This document shows positions 63,214-64,000 of a DNA stretch of 64,000 nucleotides, piece by piece. The first letter of the stretch is position 1. The number at the start of each line of letters is the position of its first letter. The notes under the pieces were generated by a model that was given only the letters and a program-made list of their open reading frames with translations, was not told the origin of the DNA and did not search any database. A program made the translations under genes and the position numbers. Where the stretch lies: the NCBI GenBank assembly GCA_013239625.1, contig MU054187.1:21269280-21333279 (forward strand), written 5' to 3'. Source of the stretch: Lama guanicoe. Its lineage: Eukaryota.

Positions 63214-64000
63214 GTTTGGTGGAGTAGCTAGAATGCAGGTTTGGAGCCCAGTAGAACTAGAATTGGCAGCAGCACTTAAAGTTACGTGTCTTTGGGTAAA
63301 AAGTTTCTTAATTTCCATTAGCCCTTTAAAGTTTGGATAACATGCACTTTCTTAGGTATGAATGTTAGACAAAGTGTTAGTGGCTGTGATTTCTAGAAGG
63401 GACCCGCTCTCTCAGTGGTGGCAATAAAATATGAAACATGACCGCCGGGGCAGGGGGAGGGGCCGTAGGAAATGCCGTCTTCTGGCAACAGGATTTTTCC
63501 CTCTAGAAAATCACAGGGAGTGAAATTAAAATCAGCAGAGATTTTGGTGTCCAAGAAATTAAAGCAAGAAGCATTTGTACTATGAACCTGATATTTAAGG
63601 CTTGCATCTTCAAAACAGAAAAAAAAAAATCATGAAAACTGAGCAGGCATGATCTTTAGTGAGGTTAACCCTTCCAGGAAACAGGGCTGGAGAAACCCAG
63701 ACACTTTTTCCCAAACCTCCCTTCCTTTCCATCCAGTTACCACATTTTAAGTGACATAGATGTTCCTTCAATGGGATATTAGAATTGAATTTGCTCAGCG
63801 AAGAATTTCTTAAACATCTCATAGTTTACTGTCAAATAGACAAAAAATCAACTCTGCCAGTTGTGACACCAACGTCACAATCCTGTTTCCTTGGGCTCAG
63901 TGTAAAGGTGGAAGAAAACTGAGGGTATTTTGGTTCAGCTCAAATATACCGACACTTTCAAACAGGTCGACAAAATTACAATTCTGTCAGGTTGGCCGTT

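Overview
This is AT-rich mammalian genomic DNA from inside the RALYL gene (RALY-like hnRNP C-family RNA-binding protein), transcribed on the + strand. The only protein-coding sequence I can support is one exon (2156-2434; CDS 2179-2434, 256 nt, ending in phase 1) encoding almost the whole RRM. The remaining ~61.5 kb is a single very long intron, and I found no next coding exon. The intron is filled with interspersed repeats: L1 of several ages, L2, L3/CR1, MIR, MaLR/ERVL/ERV1 solo LTRs, hAT MITEs and tRNA-derived SINEs. The SINEs and young L1 3' ends look camelid-like (alpaca/llama/camel); that species call is an inference. Nearly all other ORFs in the track are chance ORFs or decayed L1/ERV pieces. 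I see no convincing novel biological system. The best second-look items are a twin-primed L1 containing a templated 124-bp self-copy, a possible in-frame 9-nt microexon, a possible recursive splice site, nested LTR insertions, and a MER41-like LTR with STAT/YY1-like motifs. Repeat family names come from recognition of the sequence, not from a database search, and boundaries without a target-site duplication (TSD) are approximate.
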